A DNA stretch of 64,000 nt, taken from contig JAYZAY010000085.1 in assembly GCA_036339465.1 (NCBI GenBank), forward strand, positions 85,479 through 149,478. Direction: 5' to 3'. This document shows positions 28,296-38,068 of this stretch, one piece after another. Position numbers and translations under genes: made by a program. Source of the stretch: Myxococcota bacterium (GTDB lineage: Bacteria; Myxococcota; XYA12-FULL-58-9; JABJBS01). The notes below the pieces were generated by a model, which was given only the letters and a program-made list of their open reading frames with translations, made no database searches and was not told the DNA's origin. Position 1 is the first letter of the stretch. Every line of letters starts with the position of its first letter.

Positions 28296-30425
28296 ATGAG
28301 TTTTCTCAACCCATTACTTTTAGCAGGCGCCTTCTTTGCTGCCGTCCCCCTCATCATTCATCTCTTTGGACGACGCAACGCTCAGGAAGAGTTTTTTCCG
28401 GCCATGGAGTTTCTCTTTGAGATCGTTCAACGTTCCGCTTTTTGGGAGAAAGTAAGGCGATTTATTCTGCTGGCGATACGGATGTTGATGGTTGTGGTGT
28501 TCACCTTCCTTTTGGCTCGACCCTTTGCGCCGATTGTTGCAACGGAGGGAGCAGCAGCAGAATCTAGGGAAACCTATATTTTTGTTTTAGATACCTCGCT
28601 CTCTATGTCTTATCTTAAGGGGGGGGAGTCGTTATTGGCTCTTTCCAAGGCGTATATTGAGAACGCAGTCTCGGATTTAGGGACCAATATTCGCTTGGAG
28701 TTGATTGAGGCGACTGTACCTCCCAGGCTCGTTTTTCAAGGCGAAAAGAAATCATCCAGAGAATTTTTTGCGAAACTCGAAGACTTGGAGCCGAGCCTTC
28801 GGCAAACAAACATCTCTGAAGCGCTGCGGTTTATTGCAGATAGAGGGGAGCAGTCAGCGCTCGTAGAGGTTTTGGTGTTCAGTGATTTCTCCAAGTCAGC
28901 CTTTGGAGAGGTCTTCAGCCTGACGCCAAATTACAGTCTACGATTCGTTGATCCCGCAGAACGTGCAGAACCGCTCAAGGCGCTGCCTAATGTGGCCCTT
29001 ACCGGGTTTCATTTGGAAGAGGGATATGATGGTCAGTTCAGGAACTTTGTGGAGGTGGAGGTCCAGAATTTTGGAGAGGAGTCTCTGGATGAAGTTATGG
29101 TGGAGGTGAGTCTCGACGGAGGGGCGACATTACGGGGGACTCTAAGTCTTGAGGCGAGAGAAAAGAAGAAAAAGAAATTTACGTTTTCGGAACTTACCAA
29201 GGGGCAATACAAGGGAGAGGTGCGTTTACTCGATGGGACAGGCGAGGATGGATATTCACAGGATGATCAGTTGGATTTTTCTTTGGAAGTTTATCCATTG
29301 TTGAAGGTGTTGGCGCTGAATGGGGAGCCCAGAAATACACCGATTCGGGATGAATTGTTTTTTTTCGAAAAAGCTTTGGGAAGGTTGGTGAAAGACGTAG
29401 AACCCATGGAACTTCAAGTCATTGGTGTTGAGGAGCTTGATGATAGATTGCTTTCAGCTTTTTCTCCCGATGTGGTTTGGATTGCCAATCCGCCCCCTCA
29501 TCTTTGCGAAGGAGACCGAGCAAAATTGTTGCTGGAGGGAAGTTGGGGGCTTATTTTTTCGCTGGGTCAACAAGTTGAGCCAACACATTTTAATGCGTGT
29601 TGGGAAAGCGCCCTAGGGCTCAAATTAAGAGACCTCCACGATGTTCGTGCAAACGCAAGCCTTGGCGATGGGGTGGGCCTCACTTCTTTGAACCGGAATC
29701 ACGCCATATTTTTTGGGGCAGACCAAGAGTTATTGGAGGCTCTTAGATTGTCGCAGACCCATCGCTATTTTCACTTAGAGTTGACACCCAACCGTGGAAG
29801 CTCGGTGATCGCTAAGTATGAGAGCGGTGCTGCGGCTCTAGTGGAGTTGGGTTTTTCTGAAAGGCGGGCACCGGGTTTTCTTTTGTCGACCTCCATCGAT
29901 TTGGCTATGAGTGACTTGGCCATCCGGGCTTCGTTTGTACCTTGGTTACAACAAATCTTATATTATGCGGGAGGTCGTCCTGTGGGGATGAGAGATATTG
30001 TTTCTATGGCTGGAGAACCTTTGGAGTTGGCGCTTCCCGGTGGCTTTACAGGAGCATGGATTGAGGATTCCAAGGGGCAACGAAGAGAACCAACGGATTT
30101 TAGTCCGAGTGCTGGTCGTGTATTCTTCCCCGAAATTCAGTCCCCAGGTATTTGGAAATTGGGTCTAAAAAAAGGTGAAGAGTTGGTTTCGGAGTTGAGC
30201 CCTCTCGTGATGATCTTGCCAAGCACCCGTGAATCGGATTTATCTCCTGTATCGGCAGATAGCCTTTTGTTACTGGGCAATCAGGGGGATGCCCCAACTC
30301 GAAAGTTGATGTGGTCGGGCGTCGGCGGTGAAGATGACCATGCCACCAACAAATGGATGAAGATATTACTCCTTAGCCTATTGGTTTTAGTCGGTATGGA
30401 AGTTATTCTTGCGGCTCGAGGTTAA
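28296..30425 (+). CDS. BatA-type N-terminal double-TM + vWA domain membrane protein
   Basis: MSFLNP...PLIIHL...FPAMEFL...LARP, MIDAS DTSLS, C-terminal TM. Confidence 0.88.
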   Translation: MSFLNPLLLAGAFFAAVPLIIHLFGRRNAQEEFFPAMEFLFEIVQRSAFWEKVRRFILLAIRMLMVVVFTFLLARPFAPIVATEGAAAESRETYIFVLDTSLSMSYLKGGESLLALSKAYIENAVSDLGTNIRLELIEATVPPRLVFQGEKKSSREFFAKLEDLEPSLRQTNISEALRFIADRGEQSALVEVLVFSDFSKSAFGEVFSLTPNYSLRFVDPAERAEPLKALPNVALTGFHLEEGYDGQFRNFVEVEVQNFGEESLDEVMVEVSLDGGATLRGTLSLEAREKKKKKFTFSELTKGQYKGEVRLLDGTGEDGYSQDDQLDFSLEVYPLLKVLALNGEPRNTPIRDELFFFEKALGRLVKDVEPMELQVIGVEELDDRLLSAFSPDVVWIANPPPHLCEGDRAKLLLEGSWGLIFSLGQQVEPTHFNACWESALGLKLRDLHDVRANASLGDGVGLTSLNRNHAIFFGADQELLEALRLSQTHRYFHLELTPNRGSSVIAKYESGAAALVELGFSERRAPGFLLSTSIDLAMSDLAIRASFVPWLQQILYYAGGRPVGMRDIVSMAGEPLELALPGGFTGAWIEDSKGQRREPTDFSPSAGRVFFPEIQSPGIWKLGLKKGEELVSELSPLVMILPSTRESDLSPVSADSLLLLGNQGDAPTRKLMWSGVGGEDDHATNKWMKILLLSLLVLVGMEVILAARG

Positions 30426-30444
30426 GGGACGGAGTTCAGTTAAA

Positions 30445-31368
30445 ATGGATAAAGTAGAATATATTTGGATGGATGGAGAACTTAGACCTTGGGATGCGGC
30501 TCAGGTCCATGTTTTATCTCACGGTTTACACTACGGCCTCGGGGCTTTTGAGGGTATCCGTGCTTATGAGCAGTCCCGTGGTGGCGTCTCGATTTTCCGC
30601 TTGGAAGACCATCTAAAACGTCTGCTTCAATCGGCCCACATTTGTATGATGGATGTTCCATTTACCCTCGAGCAATGGTCTGCTGCTTGTTGTGAGTTGA
30701 TTAAAGCCAACGGATTTTCAGATGGTTGTTACCTACGACCGACCGTTTTCACTGGAGCAGGCTCTCTGGGGATTGCAGCCCTTGATAACCCTATTCATTG
30801 TGTCGTCGCAGCGTGGCGCTGGGGGGCTTACCTTGGTGAAGAAGGCCTCAAGAACGGTATTCGGATGATGGTTTCTAGTCATCGGCGACCCGCTGGGGAT
30901 GCTTATTCTCCCAAGGGTAAGATTAATGGTCAGTACGTGGGGTCGATTCTAGCGAAGCGTGAAGCTATTAGGTCGGGTTTTGATGAGGCGATGATGCTCG
31001 ATCACCAAGGCTTTGCTGTGGAAGGAACGGGGGAGAACCTATTCGTGGTGAAAGACGGTGAGATCCGAACGCCCCATATCGGGCAGTCGATTTTGGCCGG
31101 AATTACTAGGGAAACAGCGATTGCGATCCTAGAAGACCAAGGGATGGTCACCAAAGAAGGCCCCATCACCCGAGACGAGCTTTATTGTGCGGATGAAGTC
31201 TTCTTAACGGGTACTGCCGCTGAGGTTACTCCGGTGAGAGAAATCGATCATCGGAAAATAGGTGCGGGGCGCCCAGGGGAAATAACGACGATGCTCCAAG
31301 CCGCCTACGGCTCGGTTGTCCGAGGCGAAAAGAATAAGTGGTCTCACTGGCATACTCTGGTTGAATGA
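30445..31368 (+). CDS. ilvE: branched-chain amino acid aminotransferase
   Basis: HGLHYGLGAFEGIRAY, EGTGEN, ILAGITR, EVFLTGTAAE. Confidence 0.97.
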   Translation: MDKVEYIWMDGELRPWDAAQVHVLSHGLHYGLGAFEGIRAYEQSRGGVSIFRLEDHLKRLLQSAHICMMDVPFTLEQWSAACCELIKANGFSDGCYLRPTVFTGAGSLGIAALDNPIHCVVAAWRWGAYLGEEGLKNGIRMMVSSHRRPAGDAYSPKGKINGQYVGSILAKREAIRSGFDEAMMLDHQGFAVEGTGENLFVVKDGEIRTPHIGQSILAGITRETAIAILEDQGMVTKEGPITRDELYCADEVFLTGTAAEVTPVREIDHRKIGAGRPGEITTMLQAAYGSVVRGEKNKWSHWHTLVE

Positions 31369-31377
31369 TAAACCACT

Positions 31378-31422
31378 GTTTTATTGGCAGCAGTTTTATT
31401 GGCAGCAGTTTTATTGGCTGAA
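31378..31422. repeat. 3 x 15-bp tandem repeat
   Basis: GTTTTATTGGCAGCA twice plus GTTTTATTGGCTGAA, just after the ilvE stop. Confidence 0.9.
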
Positions 31423-31622
31423 TCAGATTTTGAGCGGTCAATCTCATGACCATCCCGGGTTTTGAGCCTACCGGACAACCTGGAAAGATTTTGGATTTTT
31501 AATTTATATGGGGACTATGGGCCACGGCCCATTCGCTTAAGATAGGGAATCAGCGCGCAACGATCGGTTGATTGAAACGTGCCCCTGTCTTTCTAGAACA
31601 AGACAAGTATTCTTCGATCTGT

Positions 31623-31778
31623 TTAATTTTGTTCAGTTTTTTCTGATGGTTCGTCACCAAAAAGAACAGACAGTTTTGGAGTAGATCCAGAACTTGCCAC
31701 TTGCTTTTTACGATCTGCGCCAGCTTTTTTTGCCTTGTGCTTACGAATAACTTTTCTTCTTTTACCATCTGCAGCCAT
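31623..31778 (-). CDS. small basic protein, 51 aa (not in the ORF track)
   Basis: GGAGA RBS, then MAADGKRRKVIRKHKAKKAGADRKKQVASSGSTPKLSVLFGDEPSEKTEQN*. Confidence 0.8.
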   Translation of the reverse strand: MAADGKRRKVIRKHKAKKAGADRKKQVASSGSTPKLSVLFGDEPSEKTEQN

Positions 31779-31946
31779 TGATATCTCCGTCGAATTCGTG
31801 AGGGCCGCTGGAATAGCCTATAATCGTGAGTCTGTGAAGAGGTTTAGAGATATTTCGAAGGTTTAGAGATCCCTTCGTACCTTCCGAAGCATCTGTTTTA
31901 CCTTCTGAAGGCCAAAGTCCTGCCGGATACGTTGTCTTATCAAGGC

Positions 31947-32897
31947 TTAATTTTCCAGACCCAAGGACCGGCGCAGCTCTAACCTAAAGTAGTCGTAGGT
32001 CGCCCTCAAGCCATGGTTTAGGGGCACTCGGGGACTCCAGTTCAGTTTTTCTTTCGCAAGGGTGATATCTGGCTGCCTTCGTTTGGGGTCATCCTGTGGA
32101 AGCTTTAGGTACTCGATTTCCACGTGGCCCCCATGGAGTTTTTCAACTTCTTCGGCAAGTTCGCGAATGGTATATTCGTTTGGGTTTCCGATGTTTACGG
32201 GCCCGGTAAAATTCTCGGCGCGCATCAATTTGATCAGTCCGTTCACCTGATCTTCGATATAGCAAAATGACCGTGTTTGAGTACCATCACCATAGATCGT
32301 GATGGGGCGATTGGTGAGCGCCTGAACGATAAAATTGCTCACCACCCGGCCATCATTTGGAAGCATTTTGGGGCCGTAGGTATTGAAAATACGCGCCATT
32401 CGAATCTCAATTTTATGTTCACGGCGGTAGTCAAAACATAGGGTTTCGGCGACCCGTTTGCCTTCGTCGTAACAAGAGCGGGGGCCAATGGTATTGACGT
32501 GCCCCCAATAGTCTTCGGTTTGGGGGTGAACCTGGGGATCTCCATACACTTCCGAGGTAGATGCCTGCAGAAGTCGCGCGCCAACACGCTTGGCAAGTCC
32601 CAGTAGATTGATTGTTCCAAGCACATTGGTTTTAACGGTCTTGATAGGGTTGTGCTGGTAGTGCACCGGTGATGCTGGGCACGCTAAATTGAAGATGGCA
32701 TCGACTTCGAGAAGGATAGGTTCGACGACATCGTGGCGGATGATTTCGAAGTTATCATAATCCCTGAGGTGGAGGATATTTTCCCGCCGGCCGGTAAAGA
32801 AATTATCTAAACAGATAACTTCTTGTCCTTGTTTAAGAAGCTCTTCACAGAGATGTGAACCAATGAACCCAGCCCCACCAGCGACTAGATAGATCAT
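31947..32897 (-). CDS. UDP-glucuronate decarboxylase (UDP-xylose synthase)
   Basis: [41 protein letters not shown]. Confidence 0.95.
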   Translation of the reverse strand: MIYLVAGGAGFIGSHLCEELLKQGQEVICLDNFFTGRRENILHLRDYDNFEIIRHDVVEPILLEVDAIFNLACPASPVHYQHNPIKTVKTNVLGTINLLGLAKRVGARLLQASTSEVYGDPQVHPQTEDYWGHVNTIGPRSCYDEGKRVAETLCFDYRREHKIEIRMARIFNTYGPKMLPNDGRVVSNFIVQALTNRPITIYGDGTQTRSFCYIEDQVNGLIKLMRAENFTGPVNIGNPNEYTIRELAEEVEKLHGGHVEIEYLKLPQDDPKRRQPDITLAKEKLNWSPRVPLNHGLRATYDYFRLELRRSLGLEN

Positions 32898-34222
32898 GCC
32901 AATCCCCTCCCTATGCCAAAGTATTCAAATCCCTCAGCCAAGATATCTTCGGGTTCATATTGATTACGCCCATCAAAGATTATTTGAGATTTCATTGTGT
33001 TCTTAAGGCGCCCTAAGTTTGGGTTTCTGAATGCTCGCCATTCTGTCGCCAAGATGAGCGCGTCGGCATTTTTCGCCGCTTCGTATTGATCCTCAACAAA
33101 AGAAACCTGGGCGTTATCCTTTAGCGCCTCTCTGGCATTGGGCATGGCCACTGGGTCGAAAGCGGCAATGGTCGCACCGCACTCCGTGAGTCTTTTGATG
33201 ATGGTAAATGCGGGGGCTTCTCGAATATCGTCGGTATTTGGTTTAAAACTTAAACCCCATAAACCAAAGTGCTTTCCTTTAAGGTTTTGATTGAAACGAT
33301 TGAGAATACGGTTGGCCAGCATCATTTTTTGATGCTTGTTTACTTGCACCACTGCTTCGAGAATATGCGCACTACAATCAGACTCAAGGGCTACCTGGGC
33401 CAGCGCCTGCACATCCTTGGGGAAACAAGAGCCTCCATAGCCAATCCCTGCGTATAGAAAGCTCATGCCGATTCGACTGTCGGTTCCCATACCTCGACGA
33501 ACATCCATGACATCGGCGCCGATGGTGTCGCAAAGGCGAGCCAGCTCATTCATGAATGAAATTCGGGTGGCGAGCATGGCGTTGGCGGCGTATTTGGTCA
33601 ATTCTGATGCTTTTACTTTCATCAGCAGGATGGGGTGTCCGTTTCTGACAAATTGTTGGTAGAGTTGATACATGACTCTACCGGCTTCTTCGTCATTGAT
33701 GCCCACCACAATCCGGTCTGGGCGAAGAAAGTCCTCAACTGCTTTTCCTTCCTTTAAAAACTCGGGATTGGAGACGACCGGTATTTTGACGTCCACCTTT
33801 CTCTTGGCGAGGGTTTCATCAATGACTTGTTGGACCCGCTCACAGGTACCCACGGGAACCGTTGATTTAATCGCGACGACCAATCCATGGGTGGCTTGGT
33901 TGCCAATGGAGCGCGCTGCTTCTAGGACGTAACGTCTATCGGCGGAACCATCTTCGTCTGGTGGGGTACCAACTGCGATAAAGCAGACATCGGTTTGCGG
34001 TAGGCAACCGGCCAGATCCGTTGAAAATGTCAATCGTTTTTCGGCGACATTTCGGTGGACGAGCTCCTCAAGGCCGGGTTCGTAGATTGGAATATGCCCT
34101 TCTTTAAGGGATTTGATCTTGTTTTGGTCGATATCAATGCAGGCGACCTCATTCCCCATATCTGCCAAGCAAGTACCTGTTACCAACCCGACGTAGCCGG
34201 TGCCGATCATTGTTATTTTCAT
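32894..34222 (-). CDS. ugd: UDP-glucose 6-dehydrogenase
   Basis: [36 protein letters not shown]. Confidence 0.97.
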   Translation of the reverse strand: MKITMIGTGYVGLVTGTCLADMGNEVACIDIDQNKIKSLKEGHIPIYEPGLEELVHRNVAEKRLTFSTDLAGCLPQTDVCFIAVGTPPDEDGSADRRYVLEAARSIGNQATHGLVVAIKSTVPVGTCERVQQVIDETLAKRKVDVKIPVVSNPEFLKEGKAVEDFLRPDRIVVGINDEEAGRVMYQLYQQFVRNGHPILLMKVKASELTKYAANAMLATRISFMNELARLCDTIGADVMDVRRGMGTDSRIGMSFLYAGIGYGGSCFPKDVQALAQVALESDCSAHILEAVVQVNKHQKMMLANRILNRFNQNLKGKHFGLWGLSFKPNTDDIREAPAFTIIKRLTECGATIAAFDPVAMPNAREALKDNAQVSFVEDQYEAAKNADALILATEWRAFRNPNLGRLKNTMKSQIIFDGRNQYEPEDILAEGFEYFGIGRGLA

Positions 34223-34369
34223 GTGGGTTTATCCTGAAAAGTTAACGGTAAATTATCAGCAGCCCAAATCCTTGAGTCTTCTTCTTGGATAAGCGGGTTC
34301 GAAATGGTTGCAAGTCCAAATTCTTACGGGTTATACGAGTTCAATTAGGAGGTTTCAAGCATCGTTGAA

Positions 34370-35281
34370 TTGTTGAGCAAAGTCGTTTGTTGGCTGCCAC
34401 AAGGCTTGGTGACGATGTTGAGCAAATTTATAGGTTTGTTCTGGTTCTATTGTTTACCGATTCGGTGTGGGGTTGCTCTTAACAATGTATCTCGTACCAA
34501 CGTGGGTAAGGATTTGGGGCATGGTGAGCGGCGGATGCTTGTTCGTAGTGCTTGCATTAATATGGCGATGACAGTCTTGGAATCCCTGCGCTGGCCCCTA
34601 TTAAATTCCACGAAAATTAAAGAAGCGATGAAGGATTGGAAGGGGGTATCGCATTTTGAAGCGGCCTTAGCCCAGGGGAAAGGGGTTATTTTGGTCGGTC
34701 CTCATTTGGGACCATTTGAGGAGCTTCCCGGAGGCCTTGCCTTGGCGGGGTATCCTGTTGCGGTTATTTATCGGGAGATATCGATGGGATCTGCTCAGCG
34801 ATATTGGACGAGGGAGCGAAATAGAATGGGGTTGGTGCCCATTGCTCCCCGTGGTTCAAAAGAGAAAATCAAGGAATGTTTGGGTTCGGGAATGGCGGTG
34901 GTGTTCGCCTTCGACCAGCATATGGCACCTTACCGAGGAATTGCTTGTGAATTTCTAGGGCAATTGGCATCCACCATGACTGGGGCGGTTCGCTTGGCTT
35001 TGGCCACGGGAGCCCCCATTGTGCCCGGCTTTGTTTATCGAGAGCGAGGGCAGCCACAGAAACATATTATTGAGCTAGAGCCAGAGTACCATTTGGAGTG
35101 TCCCTATGATAACGATGACGAAAATATTCGACATAACACTCAAGCGTTGAACAAGATTGTGGAGAAATGGGTGATGGCTTATCCGGAGCAGTGGCTCTGG
35201 CATCATCGCCGATTCAAGGTGTACGATAACCTGGATGAATGGGAAATTCCCACGCATCTTAATCATTTAAAAAAATCTTGA
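34370..35281 (+). CDS. lipid A lauroyl/myristoyl acyltransferase family (LpxL/HtrB)
   Basis: HLGPFE, DQH, PEQWLWHHRRFK. Confidence 0.9.
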   Translation: MLSKVVCWLPQGLVTMLSKFIGLFWFYCLPIRCGVALNNVSRTNVGKDLGHGERRMLVRSACINMAMTVLESLRWPLLNSTKIKEAMKDWKGVSHFEAALAQGKGVILVGPHLGPFEELPGGLALAGYPVAVIYREISMGSAQRYWTRERNRMGLVPIAPRGSKEKIKECLGSGMAVVFAFDQHMAPYRGIACEFLGQLASTMTGAVRLALATGAPIVPGFVYRERGQPQKHIIELEPEYHLECPYDNDDENIRHNTQALNKIVEKWVMAYPEQWLWHHRRFKVYDNLDEWEIPTHLNHLKKS

Positions 35282-35288
35282 ATAATTC

Positions 35289-36146
35289 GTGGTGGAGACA
35301 ATGAGGGAGTCGGGCGATATGCTTGTGGATGAGTTGGGGGGCGCTTTGGTTGGGCGCTTAAAGTTGTTCGCGATTTTTTTCCTGGGCCTAGTATTGGGGA
35401 TGCTGGGAGGAGTCCAAATGGCAGATGAAGCGCCGGACGACCTATTGAATAGACTCGACCATTCGCAACAAAAGCTTCGCAGGGCTCAAGATAAAATTCG
35501 AGAACTTGAAAGAGGCAGCCAATATGCCTCGAATCAATCGTACCAAGAAAAATCGGTGCTACCTCCCTCAGTATTAAACAAGCATCAGGAGGAAGTGAAG
35601 CGATATACCGCAAGCATGCGGCAGAGTAAGCACCTGAGGGCTGCAGGGCTGGTTGAATGGTTCATTTCTCGGTGGAATGAACTCTTGGCCCAGCCACAAC
35701 CCGATGACCGAAAATTACGTAGGGCTGAAGTACTGGAGAAGTTTATTGGAGCGATGAAGGAAAATCTAAATCCGGGGGATTTTGTTCCCTGGCAGAGTGA
35801 ATTTTTGGGGCAACCATGGATTGCCGAATTGGGATTTGATTTGGATGGAGATGGCTACCCCGCAAGGTCTGGGGTGCGAAACCCAAGGGATAGTTTTACC
35901 AATGTTTCTCTTTGTAAAATAGGTATGGCACTCAATCAGGCGCTCTTAGACACTCAAATCCTATTCGCTCCGGACGTAAAATGTGGCGATTCAGGCTCTC
36001 GTATATCGCTCTTTCTAGCGGGAGAAACATTGCGAGACGCCACGGAAGAATATGCCAAGGCATTGAAAAGTAGGGGCTATGTTGTCAAAGAGCTCCGAAA
36101 ACGAAATATTCAGCAACTAATTGTTTCCAGTGGCCGACGGCGTTGA
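35289..36146 (+). CDS. membrane-anchored hypothetical protein (coiled coil, DxDxDG motif, C-terminal STN/N0-like segment)
   Basis: TM LFAIFFLGLVLGMLGG, DLDGDG, C-terminal pattern described in findings. Confidence 0.7.
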   Translation: MVETMRESGDMLVDELGGALVGRLKLFAIFFLGLVLGMLGGVQMADEAPDDLLNRLDHSQQKLRRAQDKIRELERGSQYASNQSYQEKSVLPPSVLNKHQEEVKRYTASMRQSKHLRAAGLVEWFISRWNELLAQPQPDDRKLRRAEVLEKFIGAMKENLNPGDFVPWQSEFLGQPWIAELGFDLDGDGYPARSGVRNPRDSFTNVSLCKIGMALNQALLDTQILFAPDVKCGDSGSRISLFLAGETLRDATEEYAKALKSRGYVVKELRKRNIQQLIVSSGRRR

Positions 36147-37037
36147 GCTTTCGGTCATGGCGCTTAGCATCTGCTGAATTCGATCCCGTCGCGGGCTTTT
36201 GGGGGCGGTTTCGACAAATTTCCGGAAGCTTATTTTCATACCCTCTTTATCTCCAGATTGCATTTTTAACATGCCCTGAAAAAACCACGTATCGTGGGCA
36301 TCGGGGTGGGCCTCTCCAATGACGACCAATGCATTGAGTGCACCCTCAGTATCCCCTTGGGCGCCAAGTAACACCGCTGCTTGAATTTTTGCGCCGACGT
36401 GTTCGGGGTTAATTTCAAGTGCCCGCTGATTCAATGCCTGTGCTTCACTAAACATTTGCTGCAGTAGCAAAGTTCGTGTGAGCTTGACCATGGCATCTAC
36501 ATCGTTTGGGTTTTGTTTTAAGAACTCAAGCTGAGCTTGTACTTCGCCCCCACCATTACTTGGAGGAGGGGAGTTTGTTGGGGACTGCATCATGGGAGCA
36601 CGGGGAGCTGCTTGTTCTCCCACAGACCAGACAAGCCCGCCTATCAATGAACAAAGCCCCACACCCCAGAAAAATCCCGCCAGTTGTGGTGTGCGCTTCA
36701 AGAACCCGGGGGTGGTTTGATTGATGGTTTGTCGATTGCGGGCTGAAGCTTCAGCCAATTTGGTTTGCATTTCTTCTCGTTTTTTGAGGTGCTTGGCGGC
36801 CTGCTGCTCTAGGTTTGTCTTTGCGGTATGGTAATATGCTTTCGTAAGTCTTTGCTTTTGGCTTTCTAAATCTCGAAGCATGGCGATTCGGTGATTGAAG
36901 CTTTCTTCTGAATTATGCAGAGCTTCCGAAAGGGAGCTGTCACTTCTCTCTTTTCTAAGTTGCCATATTCCTAGGGTACCCAAGATGATACCGAGACAGG
37001 ATGCCGTTAAGATTTGTGGAACCCATAAGAAGTCCAT
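36117..37037 (-). CDS. CcmI/CycH-like TPR protein
   Basis: Two TMs and TPRs (NPNDVDA, ALEINPEH); last gene of the ccm run. Confidence 0.8.
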   Translation of the reverse strand: MDFLWVPQILTASCLGIILGTLGIWQLRKERSDSSLSEALHNSEESFNHRIAMLRDLESQKQRLTKAYYHTAKTNLEQQAAKHLKKREEMQTKLAEASARNRQTINQTTPGFLKRTPQLAGFFWGVGLCSLIGGLVWSVGEQAAPRAPMMQSPTNSPPPSNGGGEVQAQLEFLKQNPNDVDAMVKLTRTLLLQQMFSEAQALNQRALEINPEHVGAKIQAAVLLGAQGDTEGALNALVVIGEAHPDAHDTWFFQGMLKMQSGDKEGMKISFRKFVETAPKSPRRDRIQQMLSAMTESSTPSATGNN

Positions 37038-37041
37038 GGAT

Positions 37042-37533
37042 TTATTCCTCGTCGACGAGATGACGAACTGCTTTAATATAAGGGTCGTCATTGCTGTTAG
37101 AGTTCAATTTTGTGTCTGTCTTTTCATTTGTTTCCATGGGAGAGGGCTTAGAGCGCCTAAAAACCCAAATTAAACTCGCGAGTAGAGCTATGGGCGGAAA
37201 AATCCAAATAAACCAATTCATTCCCTCTGCTTTGGGGCGTAGCAGAACCCAATCCCCATAGCGGTCTGTGAAGAATTTCAAGATCTCATTTTCAGATCTT
37301 CCTTGAGCTTGTAGTTCCCGGACTTTTTTCATCATGGCTTGGGCCATATCCGCAGGGGAATCGGCGATGGGCATTCCTTGGCATACGGGGCACCGTAGGA
37401 GTTTTCCGATTTGATAAGAAGGGTCAGTGCTGTCTTCATGAATTACGCCGATATTTGGCGCCTTGTTTTCTGGGGCACTGTTTCCGATTGTTGCGTTTCC
37501 TAGAGACAGGAGGACATAAATTATCCACTTCAT
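37042..37533 (-). CDS. ccmH: cytochrome c maturation protein CcmH
   Basis: LRCPVCQG, RYGDWVLLRP. Confidence 0.95.
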   Translation of the reverse strand: MKWIIYVLLSLGNATIGNSAPENKAPNIGVIHEDSTDPSYQIGKLLRCPVCQGMPIADSPADMAQAMMKKVRELQAQGRSENEILKFFTDRYGDWVLLRPKAEGMNWFIWIFPPIALLASLIWVFRRSKPSPMETNEKTDTKLNSNSNDDPYIKAVRHLVDEE

Positions 37534-37534
37534 T

Positions 37535-38068
37535 TTAGTTTAATCCTCCGGGAACCAGTTCGGACAATTGTTTGAAAAGGATTGGGGGAGTTAGGACGCC
37601 GAGGTGCTTGTGTAAAACGACTCCCTCGGCCGAGATAAAGACGGTTTCAGGTACGCCGGTGATACCGAAGTCCATGGCGACCGAGGAGTTGGGGTCTATT
37701 AGATGGGGGTATTCCGACCCTTTCTGTTGTAGGTATTCGCGTGTTTTTTCGGGCGTGTCTTGGTAGATGACGCCGTAGAATTCAACTTTGTTGTTTAGGT
37801 TTCTAGCGGCTTCTTGAAGCAGGATATGTTCTGCCTTACAGGGCTCACACCAGGTTGACCAAAAGTTAACAACGATTGGTTTTGTTCTTTTACCACCCAA
37901 GGATATTTTTTGACCATCCAACGACAGGAGTTCAAGAGGGGGCAATTTCTTCCCTTGCAGGACAAAGGGTATGGCGTGTGGGTCGTTCCCAAAGCCACTG
38001 GCTAGAATCATGATCAAAGGCACGATGATAGCCGATCCTACCAGGAGAATGACTGTCCGAAGGCTCAT
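37535..38068 (-). CDS. ccmG: CcmG/DsbE thiol-disulfide reductase
   Basis: NFWSTWCEPC, GVPET, N-terminal TM. Confidence 0.93.
   Translation of the reverse strand: MSLRTVILLVGSAIIVPLIMILASGFGNDPHAIPFVLQGKKLPPLELLSLDGQKISLGGKRTKPIVVNFWSTWCEPCKAEHILLQEAARNLNNKVEFYGVIYQDTPEKTREYLQQKGSEYPHLIDPNSSVAMDFGITGVPETVFISAEGVVLHKHLGVLTPPILFKQLSELVPGGLN

Noticed and set aside
31550..31768. 72-aa ORF from the track
   Set aside because: The overlapping 51-aa frame (31623-31778) has the better-placed RBS and a more coherent composition
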